Shown: positions 29,678 to 39,327 of the stretch, one piece after another
Layout of the letters: each line of letters starts with the position of its first letter
How positions within the stretch are numbered: the first letter of the stretch is position 1
DNA from: a virus
Taxonomy: Duplodnaviria; Caudoviricetes
Reading direction: 5' to 3' (one strand)
DNA length: 64,000 bases
IMG/VR virus record: IMGVR_UViG_3300037851_001014
Coordinates: 18,823-82,822 of that record
Notes under the pieces: generated by a model
Seen by the model: only the letters and a program-made list of their open reading frames with translations
Database searches by the model: none
What the model was told of the DNA's origin: nothing
Translations under genes and position numbers: made by a program

Positions 29678-30589
29678 ATGAGCAAAACATCCAGGCGCAT
29701 CCTAGATATTACACAGGCAAAGCTGCTGCCGGCTGTTGTTATCGAGCCGATTGGCAACGGTTTGCGTGCGACGGTGCGTGTCTCGAACGGCAGTATATTC
29801 CGCAATCTTTTTGTCGTGGGTGGGCCTGCCTACGTCAATCTGCCGGGCCAAGTTGATTTTAGCGGCTCGATTCCTGTATTTCTTGCGTCGGCGGTGCCGG
29901 ACATAACAGTTGGTTCAACCTATGGCACAACTCTTGATGACGTTGTACAGAGAGAAGATCAACGCCAACCACCCCCAGGATCGTCGTCTCAAGTCCAGGA
30001 GGGGCCAGGAATCGACTTGGTCAGCAGTACGATCGGGCTGGGTGGGGACACGATCCTGCTGTACGACAGCGGGGGGCAGCCGGTGGCAGAGTTTGCAGCC
30101 ACCTCCGCGGGGCTCGATGCAGCCATTGCTGGCGCGGGCAGCGGAGATATCGTTTTGCTTCCTGCGATTACCGTCGACGGAAACCATACCGTTGTAGACG
30201 GAATTACTGTTATGGGCATGGATAGAGACAGAAGTGTTCTATCTGGCCTGATAACGGTCGGCTCAGCTGCTGCCCTTGATACCCTTTCTGTAATCAGGAC
30301 AGCTAACGACGCAAACGACCTAGTTGGTGTCAAGAATACCAATGGCAATAATCCGGCGTATATCAGGAACTGCACGCTCGACGTGCGGCAAAGTGGGGCT
30401 GGAGGCGCATACTGTATTTATACAGATGGCGGGCTAGACACACTCAACGGGTCAGTTGATGTCCGATATTCTACCCTGTACGCGTCGTCAGTCGGCGGGT
30501 ATGGATATGCCGGCGCATCAGCGGCTGGACTCATATACGCCCGCTGGTGCCAGGTATATGGCTCAACGGACAGGTGGATAGTTATATGA
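29678..30589 (+). CDS. Tail spike-like protein with probable C-terminal beta-helix
   Basis: Position; DIVLLPAITVDGNHTVVDGITVMG-type rungs. Confidence 0.55.
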   Translation: MSKTSRRILDITQAKLLPAVVIEPIGNGLRATVRVSNGSIFRNLFVVGGPAYVNLPGQVDFSGSIPVFLASAVPDITVGSTYGTTLDDVVQREDQRQPPPGSSSQVQEGPGIDLVSSTIGLGGDTILLYDSGGQPVAEFAATSAGLDAAIAGAGSGDIVLLPAITVDGNHTVVDGITVMGMDRDRSVLSGLITVGSAAALDTLSVIRTANDANDLVGVKNTNGNNPAYIRNCTLDVRQSGAGGAYCIYTDGGLDTLNGSVDVRYSTLYASSVGGYGYAGASAAGLIYARWCQVYGSTDRWIVI

Positions 30590-32511
30590 CACGAGCACTT
30601 GTAGCATTGTGCGAAGCAACTTATGGTGGTGTGTATTACACCGACAACCTTAATTTTGGGAACCCGTCCGCACAGCCAGTATGGACAAGGCTGAGTACAA
30701 GCGGCTTAGCTAACTTGATGATACAAGTAATGCAGGTGGATCCAGTCGACCCCTACGGGGTTATTTACGTGCAGCTAGTGAACCGAGATATTTACAAGTG
30801 GAACGGCTCTGGGTGGACGAAGATCATGGACCTGGCGACAGCCAGAGCATGGATAGGGGGAGTTTATGATAACGGTAATGCCAATTTTGGCTTTATTGCT
30901 GCGAACAAGGCGGAATCGCACGCTGGGCATATATATGTCATGTTTGGATCGGGTCCTGCGACGGGAGGAGGAATTAAGGTACTGCGCTCTGTAGACTATG
31001 GCGAAAACTGGACATATCATGCCTATTATGATGCGATCACTGCCAGTCCCACGGCATGGGTGTCCGCATACGGCAACGATATATTTATGTCGCATGGCCA
31101 TGGTTCGAATAAATTGCTCGGCAGGTCTAGCGACAACGGGTCTAGCACGCCATACTTTTACACCATATGGGGAATCGGTGGCAGTGGCGACCAGATAAAC
31201 ATAGACCCGACAGAGGTAGACAAGGTTTATTACTATGATTATTATGACAGTGCGCTGCATCGCTATACGGTTTCGCCTAACGCAACCACGCAACTGCAGG
31301 GCAGCATAACAGATTTATCTCTTGTGTATTCGAATTTGGCTGCTTACGCGGATTTTGCGGGAGCGCAGTGGTTTGACAGGCAAGCTAATGGACACCAGAG
31401 AATACTTGCAGACGGCAAGCTCTATGTGACATATGACGAGTGGGCAACGATCGAGGAAGCCACACCGACAGACTGGAACTTCACTGTATTCAATGGCGTA
31501 AAGGTATCCAATATAGCGTCACCAAAAGAGAATGTTGATTACATTCTGATCGGACTATCGGAGCCATCGGAAGCTGGTAAGCCGCGTTTATTTGCGAAGT
31601 TAGGAGAAGATACAAGTGAGGCACCGTGGCACGTGGCAGGGACGAACCACAATACGTCACCCTATACAGGTGCGCTGCCTTCGGTGGCAGGCATGGAGGT
31701 TGCGACCTATGGGATCTACGTTGGTGCAGGTATGGCGAGCAGCGGAGTATATGTTTATGCCAATGAGCAGGGAGACATAACCAATATTCCAGATGCGAAC
31801 GGGCTAGGGACGCCGCTGTTTGGCGACCGGGGGAGCTGGCGAGACCTGCCGGCAGACGGGTATGACATTTACCACGCGGAGGACGTGAACGCAGCGACGC
31901 CACAGATTCATGCACCCTGGGATGAGGCCAGTCCGCCGGCAGCAGGATATGGAATCGTATCAGACGGGAACAAGTGGGAGGTATCCAGCGACGAGATCGC
32001 CCTGGTGAGCGATCTGCACGATGCGGTGACGCTGGATGCGGATGCGGCGACGATCCTGGACCTGAGCACGCAGGAGATCGGGCTGGATACGCAGACGGCG
32101 AACACGGTGCTGGCAGGACCGACGACAGGGGCGGCAGACGAGCCGACTTTCCGGGCGCTGGTGGAGGCTGACCTGCCGGCGACCACGATCGTAGAATCGG
32201 AAGCGCACGAGCACATAATCAACGAGGATCACAGTTCTGAGTGCGACGGGATCGTGGACACATTCGCGCTTCAGGTTGCATTTCGGTACAAAAGTACCCA
32301 GGTATATTTATCTGGTCTGCGCCAGATCTTTGGGGTGGATTACGATGAAGTGGCTGATAGCATTGTTTTCGTAACGCCACCCGCAATAAGCGACACGCTG
32401 ACCGTGGACTACATCACGACATACGCTGCCTATGTGGCATTCGGCTCGTTATTACTTTCCTCTGGCGACTACTTGCTGCTTGAGGACGGCGACAATATTT
32501 TTACGGAGTAG
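30586..32511 (+). CDS. Receptor-binding protein: beta-propeller-like N-terminus, fibre-type C-terminus
   Basis: ATGA overlap at 30586; BNR-like LRSVDYGENW and RSSDNGSS; ANTVLAGPTTGAADEPTFRALVEADLP; terminal LLLEDGD. Confidence 0.65.
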   Translation: MTRALVALCEATYGGVYYTDNLNFGNPSAQPVWTRLSTSGLANLMIQVMQVDPVDPYGVIYVQLVNRDIYKWNGSGWTKIMDLATARAWIGGVYDNGNANFGFIAANKAESHAGHIYVMFGSGPATGGGIKVLRSVDYGENWTYHAYYDAITASPTAWVSAYGNDIFMSHGHGSNKLLGRSSDNGSSTPYFYTIWGIGGSGDQINIDPTEVDKVYYYDYYDSALHRYTVSPNATTQLQGSITDLSLVYSNLAAYADFAGAQWFDRQANGHQRILADGKLYVTYDEWATIEEATPTDWNFTVFNGVKVSNIASPKENVDYILIGLSEPSEAGKPRLFAKLGEDTSEAPWHVAGTNHNTSPYTGALPSVAGMEVATYGIYVGAGMASSGVYVYANEQGDITNIPDANGLGTPLFGDRGSWRDLPADGYDIYHAEDVNAATPQIHAPWDEASPPAAGYGIVSDGNKWEVSSDEIALVSDLHDAVTLDADAATILDLSTQEIGLDTQTANTVLAGPTTGAADEPTFRALVEADLPATTIVESEAHEHIINEDHSSECDGIVDTFALQVAFRYKSTQVYLSGLRQIFGVDYDEVADSIVFVTPPAISDTLTVDYITTYAAYVAFGSLLLSSGDYLLLEDGDNIFTE

Positions 32512-32517
32512 ATAAAG

Positions 32518-33036
32518 ATGGCAGATGTCAAGGTAGAAGATCTAGCGGCAATCGCAAGTCCGGCATTAACAGACTTGCTCTACGTCGTGGCCGATCCGGG
32601 GGGTACGCCGGCAAGCAAGAAGGCAACCCTGGCGAATATTGCCCTGGCGCTTGGCTTTGGGGCGTTGACAGACTGGACACCCACCATTACACAGAGCAGT
32701 ACGATAACTAAGACAATAGTGGGTGCTAAATATTGCAGGATCGGGCAACTGGTGTTTTTGGATGCTGCTATGAACATTACAGGTGCGGGGTCAACTGGCA
32801 ATGCGATAATAATATCAAATCTGCCAGTTGCGGCTGCCGCGAATGGTGTTTGTGGTACAGCAAGGATAGATAATACTGGAACACTACTTTATGAAGGTGC
32901 AGCGTACATGAATGCAGGTGCAGGGCAGATAACATTTAGGGCACACCTGGAAACAAATGATATCGGGGCAGATCCCAGCTTTGCACTAGCGAACGGGGAC
33001 GTCATTAAGTTTCACGCAATGTATGTGGCAGCTTGA
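32518..33036 (+). CDS. Tail fibre tip paralogue 1
   Basis: MADxKV..DPGGTPASKKATLAN N-terminus; tandem triplication. Confidence 0.75.
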   Translation: MADVKVEDLAAIASPALTDLLYVVADPGGTPASKKATLANIALALGFGALTDWTPTITQSSTITKTIVGAKYCRIGQLVFLDAAMNITGAGSTGNAIIISNLPVAAAANGVCGTARIDNTGTLLYEGAAYMNAGAGQITFRAHLETNDIGADPSFALANGDVIKFHAMYVAA

Positions 33037-33050
33037 CAAAGGGAGCATAA

Positions 33051-33563
33051 ATGGCAGATACTAAGGTAACTGGACTCACGGAAATAACCAACCCTGCACT
33101 AACAGACTTGGTGTATGTGGCTGCCGATCCGGGGGGTACGCCGGCAAGCAAGAAGGCAACCCTGGCGAATATTGCCCTGGCGCTTGGCTTTGGGGCGTTG
33201 ACAGACTGGACACCGGTCATTATGCAGGGTGTAACAGTGGCTAGCACGACAATATATGCCAAATACTGCAGGATTGGGCCATTGATGTATATATGTGCCA
33301 GTGTAGCTATCGTGGGTGCGGGAACATCTGGCGCCGCTGTCTTTGTAACAGGTATGCCAGATAATCCTGCCTATATAGGCGGCTTTGGTATAGGGCTTGT
33401 GGAAAATGCTGGAACAGCGTTCTACGCGGGCGAAGCAGAATGCAACACAAATGGCACCATCGGATTTATTTGTCACCTAGAGATATCTGCTATAGGCATA
33501 GACCCAAACTTCGCATTGGCGAGCGGGGACGGCCTTTATTTTTTCGCGGTTTACCCAGTCTAG
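33051..33563 (+). CDS. Tail fibre tip paralogue 2
   Basis: GGGAG RBS; 92-bp block identical to paralogue 1. Confidence 0.75.
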   Translation: MADTKVTGLTEITNPALTDLVYVAADPGGTPASKKATLANIALALGFGALTDWTPVIMQGVTVASTTIYAKYCRIGPLMYICASVAIVGAGTSGAAVFVTGMPDNPAYIGGFGIGLVENAGTAFYAGEAECNTNGTIGFICHLEISAIGIDPNFALASGDGLYFFAVYPV

Positions 33564-33582
33564 GCAAAAGGAGATAACCGAT

Positions 33583-34104
33583 ATGGCAGACACTAAAGTA
33601 TCGGAACTTGCGGAAATAACTAACCCGGCATTAACAGACTTGCTCTACGTCGTGGCCGATCCGGGGGGTACGCCGGCAAGCAAGAAGGCAACCCTGGCGA
33701 ACTTCAAGCTGGCGATCGGCTTCGGAGCATTGACGGACTGGACACCGTCTATTACCCAGAGCGTATCTGTTAGTAAAACAGTCACATACGCCAAATATTA
33801 TACTATTGGGCCATTGATGTATATATGTGCACTTATGTCGATCACAGGCGCGGGAACCGGGAACAACAATATTTTTATTGGGAACTTACCTGCTCAGCCC
33901 GCCAGCAATGGGGTTTATGGTACGGCATGGATACTAAACAATGGAACAGCCTATTATCACGGACCGGCTTATTACACAACCGGGGCAGGAGGCGCGTTCT
34001 ATTTCATTTGCCATCTAGAAGTGGCTGGGTGTGGAATAGACCCAAACTTTGCACTAGCGTCTAGTGACATGATCGCATTTTGTGCGCTATACCCCACAGC
34101 GTGA
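33583..34104 (+). CDS. Tail fibre tip paralogue 3
   Basis: AGGAG RBS; 77-bp block identical to paralogue 1. Confidence 0.75.
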   Translation: MADTKVSELAEITNPALTDLLYVVADPGGTPASKKATLANFKLAIGFGALTDWTPSITQSVSVSKTVTYAKYYTIGPLMYICALMSITGAGTGNNNIFIGNLPAQPASNGVYGTAWILNNGTAYYHGPAYYTTGAGGAFYFICHLEVAGCGIDPNFALASSDMIAFCALYPTA

Positions 34105-34112
34105 GGAGCCCC

Positions 34113-34349
34113 ATGAGAAACAGATACAGTATAGCCATAAGGTTTGTAGCTTTTGTAGCGGCGTTGGCGGTTGGAACATTTGCTCTTGGGCTGTTCTACC
34201 ACGATGTCAGTCCGCAATTAAGAGTTGCATTTGGAACTGTTCTGTTCTGGTCTGCCATTTACGGATCGACTGCCTTCCAAGTAGAACTCACAAAACAATT
34301 ATTCAAGACAAAGACAACCGCCAAAAAAGAACGGCAATACGATTCGTAG
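34113..34349 (+). CDS. Small membrane protein (two hydrophobic helices)
   Basis: GAGGAG + ATG 34113. Confidence 0.6.
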   Translation: MRNRYSIAIRFVAFVAALAVGTFALGLFYHDVSPQLRVAFGTVLFWSAIYGSTAFQVELTKQLFKTKTTAKKERQYDS

Positions 34350-34364
34350 AGATGGAGGTTTCCT

Positions 34365-35402
34365 TTGATAACACCAAACCAATACTCGCAGATGCAACAT
34401 CTGCGAACTGCCGGCAATACCTACAGCGAAATAGCCAGCGCCACTGGTCTTTCTTACGATCAAGTGCGCAGGGCTATTGAATCGGATTTGGCTATTACGG
34501 TTGAGAAGTCGCCATTTCCAGTCTTTGATGATCCACTGGAGGCTGAGGGGGATGCACTGGTTCTGCCAGACGTCGAGGCACCTTTTCATGACAGCGTCTT
34601 TCTCGAAAAGACAATTGACTTGGCGGCGGCATGGGGAATAGAGCGCGTAATATTCGCAGGCGACGCGCTGCATTTCAACAGTCTGTCTTCGTTCTCGCCT
34701 GGCTACACATCAGCAGAAGCAAAATCGAAACTCGACCCGGATGCTGAAAGAAAACTACTTGCCTTTGCCCATTCTCTTCCCGAAAAGGAGCGAGAAGAGA
34801 TGATTATGTTTGTTGTAGATCTCTCGAGTAACATTGCCGACGAAAATTTCTCGTCCGAGCTGCAGATTTCTCGCAGGGTTTTGCAAGATGTGACCATAGC
34901 TTTCCGACATGTCGACTACGTTCTGGGTAATCACGATACCAGATTTCTGAAAATGATTGGGACGCCAATCTTTCCGGAAGAATTGTTGCGCTTGCTGGAA
35001 GTAAAAGACAAGTGGCGCATTGCGCCATACTTCTATATGAGGTTGCATTCCGGTGAACGGACATGGCTTATCGAGCACCCAAAAAACTCAGCCAAGAGTT
35101 CTGCCCAACGTCTGGCAAGCAAGCATTTGGCCAATGTGGCCATGGCGCACTCGCACAGGTGGGCTGTAGAGTACGACGCATCAGGCGCATACTATGCTAT
35201 ACATATGGGATGCTGCGTGGATGAGACGCGTCTACCTTATGTGGCGCAAAGGCACAGCACAGTAGACAAACACAAGCTGGGTGCGCTGATTATCAGGGAC
35301 GGCTTTCCGCACTTGTTGGGAGAGGAGACACCGTTCACTGCGATGAAGCGCATGTACCGTGCTAAAAACACAAAGACCAACCAGAACAATGGCAATGGTT
35401 GA
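34365..35402 (+). CDS. Calcineurin-like metallophosphoesterase with N-terminal HTH
   Basis: LPDVE, GDALH, GNHD, IEH, AHSH motifs; TYSEIASATGLSYDQVRRAI HTH; GGAGG RBS. Confidence 0.8.
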   Translation: MITPNQYSQMQHLRTAGNTYSEIASATGLSYDQVRRAIESDLAITVEKSPFPVFDDPLEAEGDALVLPDVEAPFHDSVFLEKTIDLAAAWGIERVIFAGDALHFNSLSSFSPGYTSAEAKSKLDPDAERKLLAFAHSLPEKEREEMIMFVVDLSSNIADENFSSELQISRRVLQDVTIAFRHVDYVLGNHDTRFLKMIGTPIFPEELLRLLEVKDKWRIAPYFYMRLHSGERTWLIEHPKNSAKSSAQRLASKHLANVAMAHSHRWAVEYDASGAYYAIHMGCCVDETRLPYVAQRHSTVDKHKLGALIIRDGFPHLLGEETPFTAMKRMYRAKNTKTNQNNGNG

Positions 35403-35558
35403 TCTTTGTTCGACTACCACCCAGGAGAGCCTTGCACTCCCTTTGCGGACTCGCAGCACCGTGCCAGCGGGCTGCAGTAGGTTTCCGCTTTCGGCCTTTC
35501 ACAGATGGGCTTCTGTCTGGTGTACACAAGCACATTATACTATTCCTGGAGGTGTGTC

Positions 35559-36029
35559 ATGGCCCTGAGCGGATCTGACAAAGCGGAGATTGAGAAGATT
35601 GTTGCAGCACAAATACAACCAACAAACAACAGAGTGGAGGAGCTTGTCAGATTACTCAAGGGGAGCAATGGCACGAAGGGGCTGGTCGTGGAGGTGGCGT
35701 TGATAGCGCAACAGCTAACAAACCTAGACAAGTCACTCCAGCAGTATAGCGCTATTGCCCTGGAGGCACGACAGGATATTGTCGGCTGTAAAATGGAGGA
35801 ATTTGGGAAGATGGCACGGCTGTCATCCAGGATGGATGTAATTGAGGCGATTGCTCTTCCAGAAGAAGAGCAGACAGCCACAGAGCATCTCCCTACCGAG
35901 AAAAAGGATAGGTCAGAGGAATTTGGCGGCTGGGTATGGTTTCGCGATAAGGCAGTATGGCCAATTCTCTTTGCGATTACCCTCTATGTTATTATGGAAA
36001 TCGTAAAGATACTTCTGAAGCATTTATAA
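35559..36029 (+). CDS. Coiled-coil protein with C-terminal TM helix, lysis-associated
   Basis: GGAGG + ATG 35559; immediately upstream of the endolysin. Confidence 0.6.
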   Translation: MALSGSDKAEIEKIVAAQIQPTNNRVEELVRLLKGSNGTKGLVVEVALIAQQLTNLDKSLQQYSAIALEARQDIVGCKMEEFGKMARLSSRMDVIEAIALPEEEQTATEHLPTEKKDRSEEFGGWVWFRDKAVWPILFAITLYVIMEIVKILLKHL

Positions 36030-36055
36030 TATAGGGCACAAGGAGGTGCCCGACC

Positions 36056-37039
36056 ATGAAACTCGTGATTGATATTTCCCATTGGCAAAACCTGACGGAT
36101 GCCAACTATGTAGAGCTGAAGGCGCATGGCGTGTCGGGGGTTATCGCCAAGCTGGGGCAGGGGCGATACGAAGACAACATGGCAGAGACCCACGCCAGGA
36201 TGGCAGCCAAGCACAACTTGCCGTTTGCTGGATATTTCTGGCACGATCCCATCGACCAGATCCAGCCCCAACTGGACAATGCAAACCGCCTTATCAACAA
36301 GTACGATCCCGCTTTTCTGGCAGTCGATACCGAACAGTGGTGGCTGTCTTGGTCGGAGTGGTACAACTATTATGTGCGCAGGAACGGTATTCGCCCACGA
36401 GTTATGTCGCCCGACAAGATCTACGAGCAGGCATATGGTTTCACAACCCAGCTGCATACTGCCATGTCCAGGGTGCTGCCGATTGGTGCCTATACGGGCG
36501 ACTGGTTTATCAAGAGTTATTGCCGCAGACTGCCTTCTCTCATCAAGATGGTGGACTTTTACTGGCGAGCATGGTATCCAGACATTGACGCAAATGACAA
36601 TCGCGTCATTGAGTGGGTCGAGCTACTTAAGCCACGCCCATTCCAGGTTGAGCCTGGGGCACCACACTACGAGATCTGGCAGTTCGCCGTAGCCGACCTT
36701 CCTGGTGCCTTGCCAAGGCTTGACTACAATTGGTGCACCGAAGGTTTTTATGCAAATACCTTTGCCAAACAGTTGGCCGAGGAAGAGGCAGAGAATGAGG
36801 ACGATGAGGTTCAGAGCCCATCTGAACCTGTCTGGCAGGTGCTGGTTGACGCGCTTAATGTTCGTGCCCACCCAAACAAGCGTGCTCCAAAGGCCGGGCT
36901 TTACAAACGGGGCGCTCTTGTAGAGGGCACCGAAGTCCCTACTGAGGAAGGTCGCTGGATCAAAGTGGGCGAAGAGGGCTATATGTGCATCGAGCTCAAT
37001 GGCAAGATATTTCTAAAGGAGGTGGATAGTGGCGAGTAA
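36056..37039 (+). CDS. Endolysin: GH25 muramidase plus C-terminal SH3b-like domain
   Basis: IDISHWQ, VDTE and IWQF GH25 motifs; LNVRAHP..GRWIKV SH3-like. Confidence 0.85.
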   Translation: MKLVIDISHWQNLTDANYVELKAHGVSGVIAKLGQGRYEDNMAETHARMAAKHNLPFAGYFWHDPIDQIQPQLDNANRLINKYDPAFLAVDTEQWWLSWSEWYNYYVRRNGIRPRVMSPDKIYEQAYGFTTQLHTAMSRVLPIGAYTGDWFIKSYCRRLPSLIKMVDFYWRAWYPDIDANDNRVIEWVELLKPRPFQVEPGAPHYEIWQFAVADLPGALPRLDYNWCTEGFYANTFAKQLAEEEAENEDDEVQSPSEPVWQVLVDALNVRAHPNKRAPKAGLYKRGALVEGTEVPTEEGRWIKVGEEGYMCIELNGKIFLKEVDSGE

Positions 37040-37238
37040 ACTGTTTGGTAAGCCGCGCAGCCAGGTCATCAAGCGGCCAGGAGCCTTCAAGGCAAAGGCT
37101 AAGAAAGCGGGCATGAGCACGTCCGCTATGGCCGCAAGTGTGCTCAAGAAGGGCAGCAAAGCATCTGCCCGTACCAAGCGTCAAGCCAAATTGGCTAAAG
37201 CGTTTGCAACCATGCGGCGCAAGAAGAAAGGAGGCTAA
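37029..37238 (+). CDS. Very basic 69-aa protein
   Basis: GGAGG + GTG; 22 K/R and no D/E; IKRPGAF motif. Confidence 0.7.
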   Translation: MASKLFGKPRSQVIKRPGAFKAKAKKAGMSTSAMAASVLKKGSKASARTKRQAKLAKAFATMRRKKKGG

Positions 37239-37240
37239 TT

Positions 37241-37642
37241 GTGGAAGAGTTATTAAAGTTGATCGAGTTGCTCAAAGGAGTCGGCATCACGCCGAATGTC
37301 AATATCGAGATCTTGGTTGATCTACCCGGAAACGAAGAAGAGGAAGCCCCTCCGCCTGCTGACGAAAAATTTGTGTTCAAAACCGTGACAGCGGAACCGC
37401 GGGCGAACCTGCGTTTTGCTTCCAGCTATAACGCTGCCGGCAGGCCGGTCATGCAGATCTACCCAAAGGACACTGCGCCGGTAAGCGACCGGGTTCAGTA
37501 CAATTCTGGGACCGGGGTTGTGCTGAAGGCTGATGTTGTCAAGGCCGATGGGGGTGGGCTGTATTGGGCGCTTGACCCCAATCACACCGAATTCGGTAAA
37601 ACGTTTCCGCAGCTCTACCTGCGAAACGAGGACGTTTCTTAA
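37241..37642 (+). CDS. SH3-like cell-wall-binding protein
   Basis: GGAGG + GTG; PRANLR..ADGGGLYW. Confidence 0.55.
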   Translation: MEELLKLIELLKGVGITPNVNIEILVDLPGNEEEEAPPPADEKFVFKTVTAEPRANLRFASSYNAAGRPVMQIYPKDTAPVSDRVQYNSGTGVVLKADVVKADGGGLYWALDPNHTEFGKTFPQLYLRNEDVS

Positions 37643-37653
37643 GGAGAAAGACG

Positions 37654-37986
37654 ATGGATGTAACTTTTGATATGCTTCCGGTACTGGCTGTCTTGATGGT
37701 TTTCCTGCCCAGCATTGTGCCTGGGTTCAAGGGTTGGTTCGAGGGTCTCTCCCCGGAAGGTAAACAGCTCTTTCAAGCAGGAGTCCTGCTGCTGATTACC
37801 CTGGGCGGCGTACTGCTGAGCGTGCTGGATATCCAGCAGATCTACGGCGGTGACACCTGGCAAGCCTGGGTACGGGCACCGTTTATTGACTTTTTTGTTG
37901 CATTGGCGATGAACGCCGGGGTCTACAAAGGTACCAATTATATGGCCAACGCTGCCTTTAAGCTCAAAAAGTCTAACGTGGCATAA
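37654..37986 (+). CDS. Holin
   Basis: 110 aa with about three hydrophobic helices and a basic C-terminus; AAGGAG RBS; last gene of the + arm. Confidence 0.7.
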   Translation: MDVTFDMLPVLAVLMVFLPSIVPGFKGWFEGLSPEGKQLFQAGVLLLITLGGVLLSVLDIQQIYGGDTWQAWVRAPFIDFFVALAMNAGVYKGTNYMANAAFKLKKSNVA

Positions 37987-38173
37987 CCTTCACGTAACTC
38001 CCCCTGATCTGCTGCGGCTCAATCACAAATCCCTCTCTATCTGCGATGATAGAGAGGGATTTATATTTGCATCCTCTAGAATTACAGGGGCGGTAAATGA
38101 TGTTACGGCTCACGTACTCAACGCTTTCGAGCACTAATTCAACCCCACAGGATGGACAATAGGCTACGGTCAT
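37973..38173 (-). CDS. Zn-ribbon protein
   Basis: CPSC..CNSRGC; coupled to the upstream gene. Confidence 0.6.
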   Translation of the reverse strand: MTVAYCPSCGVELVLESVEYVSRNIIYRPCNSRGCKYKSLSIIADREGFVIEPQQIRGSYVKVMPR

Positions 38174-38826
38174 TGAGTGTACCTCGTCTGTTTGCCGTAT
38201 TCCAACTCATACTGTTCGATGAATTTCTGGCAGAAGCGTTCGCCGGTAGGCGTCCAGCTCCATCCAGCAGCGTGGTGGTCGGGATTCTTCCAGACCGCAA
38301 GATCTCGATCCATCAAGTTGGCTCGCAACTCGCGGAATTCCAGTCCGTACACTCTGCCCGGACCCATCCATACGCCCTCTGCGGTCTGCCCAGACAGACC
38401 ACCGCCGCGCAGGAAAGCATAGAACTGATCCTCGGTGCCAGGGATGTTGATGCGTTTCTGCGTGGGCCGAAGCGTATCTGGCTTGACATCTAGCATCCAC
38501 ATGGATGTTTCCGGCTTGCCAACTACGCCATCATTGTTGATATCGACGCCAGTAAACATTTCAAGCTGGCTGCGGATCCTCACCCACAAGTGAACCAAGA
38601 AGAACCACATCGCGTTTGCCCCCGCCGCACCGGCAACCAGCATGGACACGATCACCCATTTGAAAGACAGCCCGGCGGCAATCGCCAGGGCCATAGACAG
38701 CACTGCCAGAAGGCCGCCGGTGAATAAAGCGAAGACGATGTTCGTTACCGCTGCCTGAGTGCTCAGGTAGTGGATGCGAACGTCTGGGGAATTAAGCTCC
38801 CTGTTTGTAGATGTGTCTGTTCCCAT
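38170..38826 (-). CDS. Membrane protein (PDVRIHY N-terminal motif, two TM helices, soluble C-terminal domain)
   Basis: GAGGG + ATG 38826; N-terminus similar to the 59755 gene. Confidence 0.65.
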   Translation of the reverse strand: MGTDTSTNRELNSPDVRIHYLSTQAAVTNIVFALFTGGLLAVLSMALAIAAGLSFKWVIVSMLVAGAAGANAMWFFLVHLWVRIRSQLEMFTGVDINNDGVVGKPETSMWMLDVKPDTLRPTQKRINIPGTEDQFYAFLRGGGLSGQTAEGVWMGPGRVYGLEFRELRANLMDRDLAVWKNPDHHAAGWSWTPTGERFCQKFIEQYELEYGKQTRYTQ

Positions 38827-39152
38827 AGTTCCCTCACGGCATGTCTCATTTGCTTGTCTGGTAGAGAGCTGCCATCCCGAGAGAAACCAAACCACCAGGT
38901 GGCATTGTCTATAGGATAATGCACATTCCAGTATTGTGCAAGCAGGAATAATGCCTGTGGATCGCCTGTGCGCACCCACATCGTACCATCGTGTTCAGTG
39001 CGGGAAGGGTTGAAGAAATCAATAAAGATGTGCACCAGGTGCCATTTAGATCTCTCGGTCTCTTGCAAGGGCGGTCTCGATACAACGAACCACACACCCG
39101 CCTCACGAAACACATCTTTCCGGTATTTCCATGCGTACTTGCTATCGACCAT
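38763..39152 (-). CDS. Hypothetical protein
   Basis: AAAGGA RBS; in the - arm operon. Confidence 0.55.
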   Translation of the reverse strand: MVDSKYAWKYRKDVFREAGVWFVVSRPPLQETERSKWHLVHIFIDFFNPSRTEHDGTMWVRTGDPQALFLLAQYWNVHYPIDNATWWFGFSRDGSSLPDKQMRHAVRELWEQTHLQTGSLIPQTFASTT

Positions 39153-39327
39153 CGGTCTTTATTTCCTTTGGTCTGTGTGTTGGGCAATAGCATTTTTTAT
39201 CAGGCGTTATAGTCCAGCCACGCCCTAGCGCTTCTATCACGGCCTCGACTTTCCGGTTGGTGCCGTATCTCTCCATCTGTCTACATCCTTCGCAATCACA
39301 TTGAATTAACCAGTATCTTTTAATCAT
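39142..39327 (-). CDS. Small Zn-binding protein
   Basis: CDCEGC..CYCPTH. Confidence 0.6.
   Translation of the reverse strand: MIKRYWLIQCDCEGCRQMERYGTNRKVEAVIEALGRGWTITPDKKCYCPTHRPKEIKTDGR

Noticed and set aside
32518-34104. Diversity-generating retroelement (TR/VR) behind the three similar tail genes
   Set aside because: Differences are not adenine-restricted, the identical blocks are N-terminal rather than C-terminal, all copies are intact genes, and no reverse transcriptase is in the window.
36056-37986. Host assignment (e.g. Chloroflexota or another monoderm)
   Set aside because: GH25+SH3 endolysin and the lack of spanins only suggest an envelope type; CRISPR-spacer or homology searches are needed.
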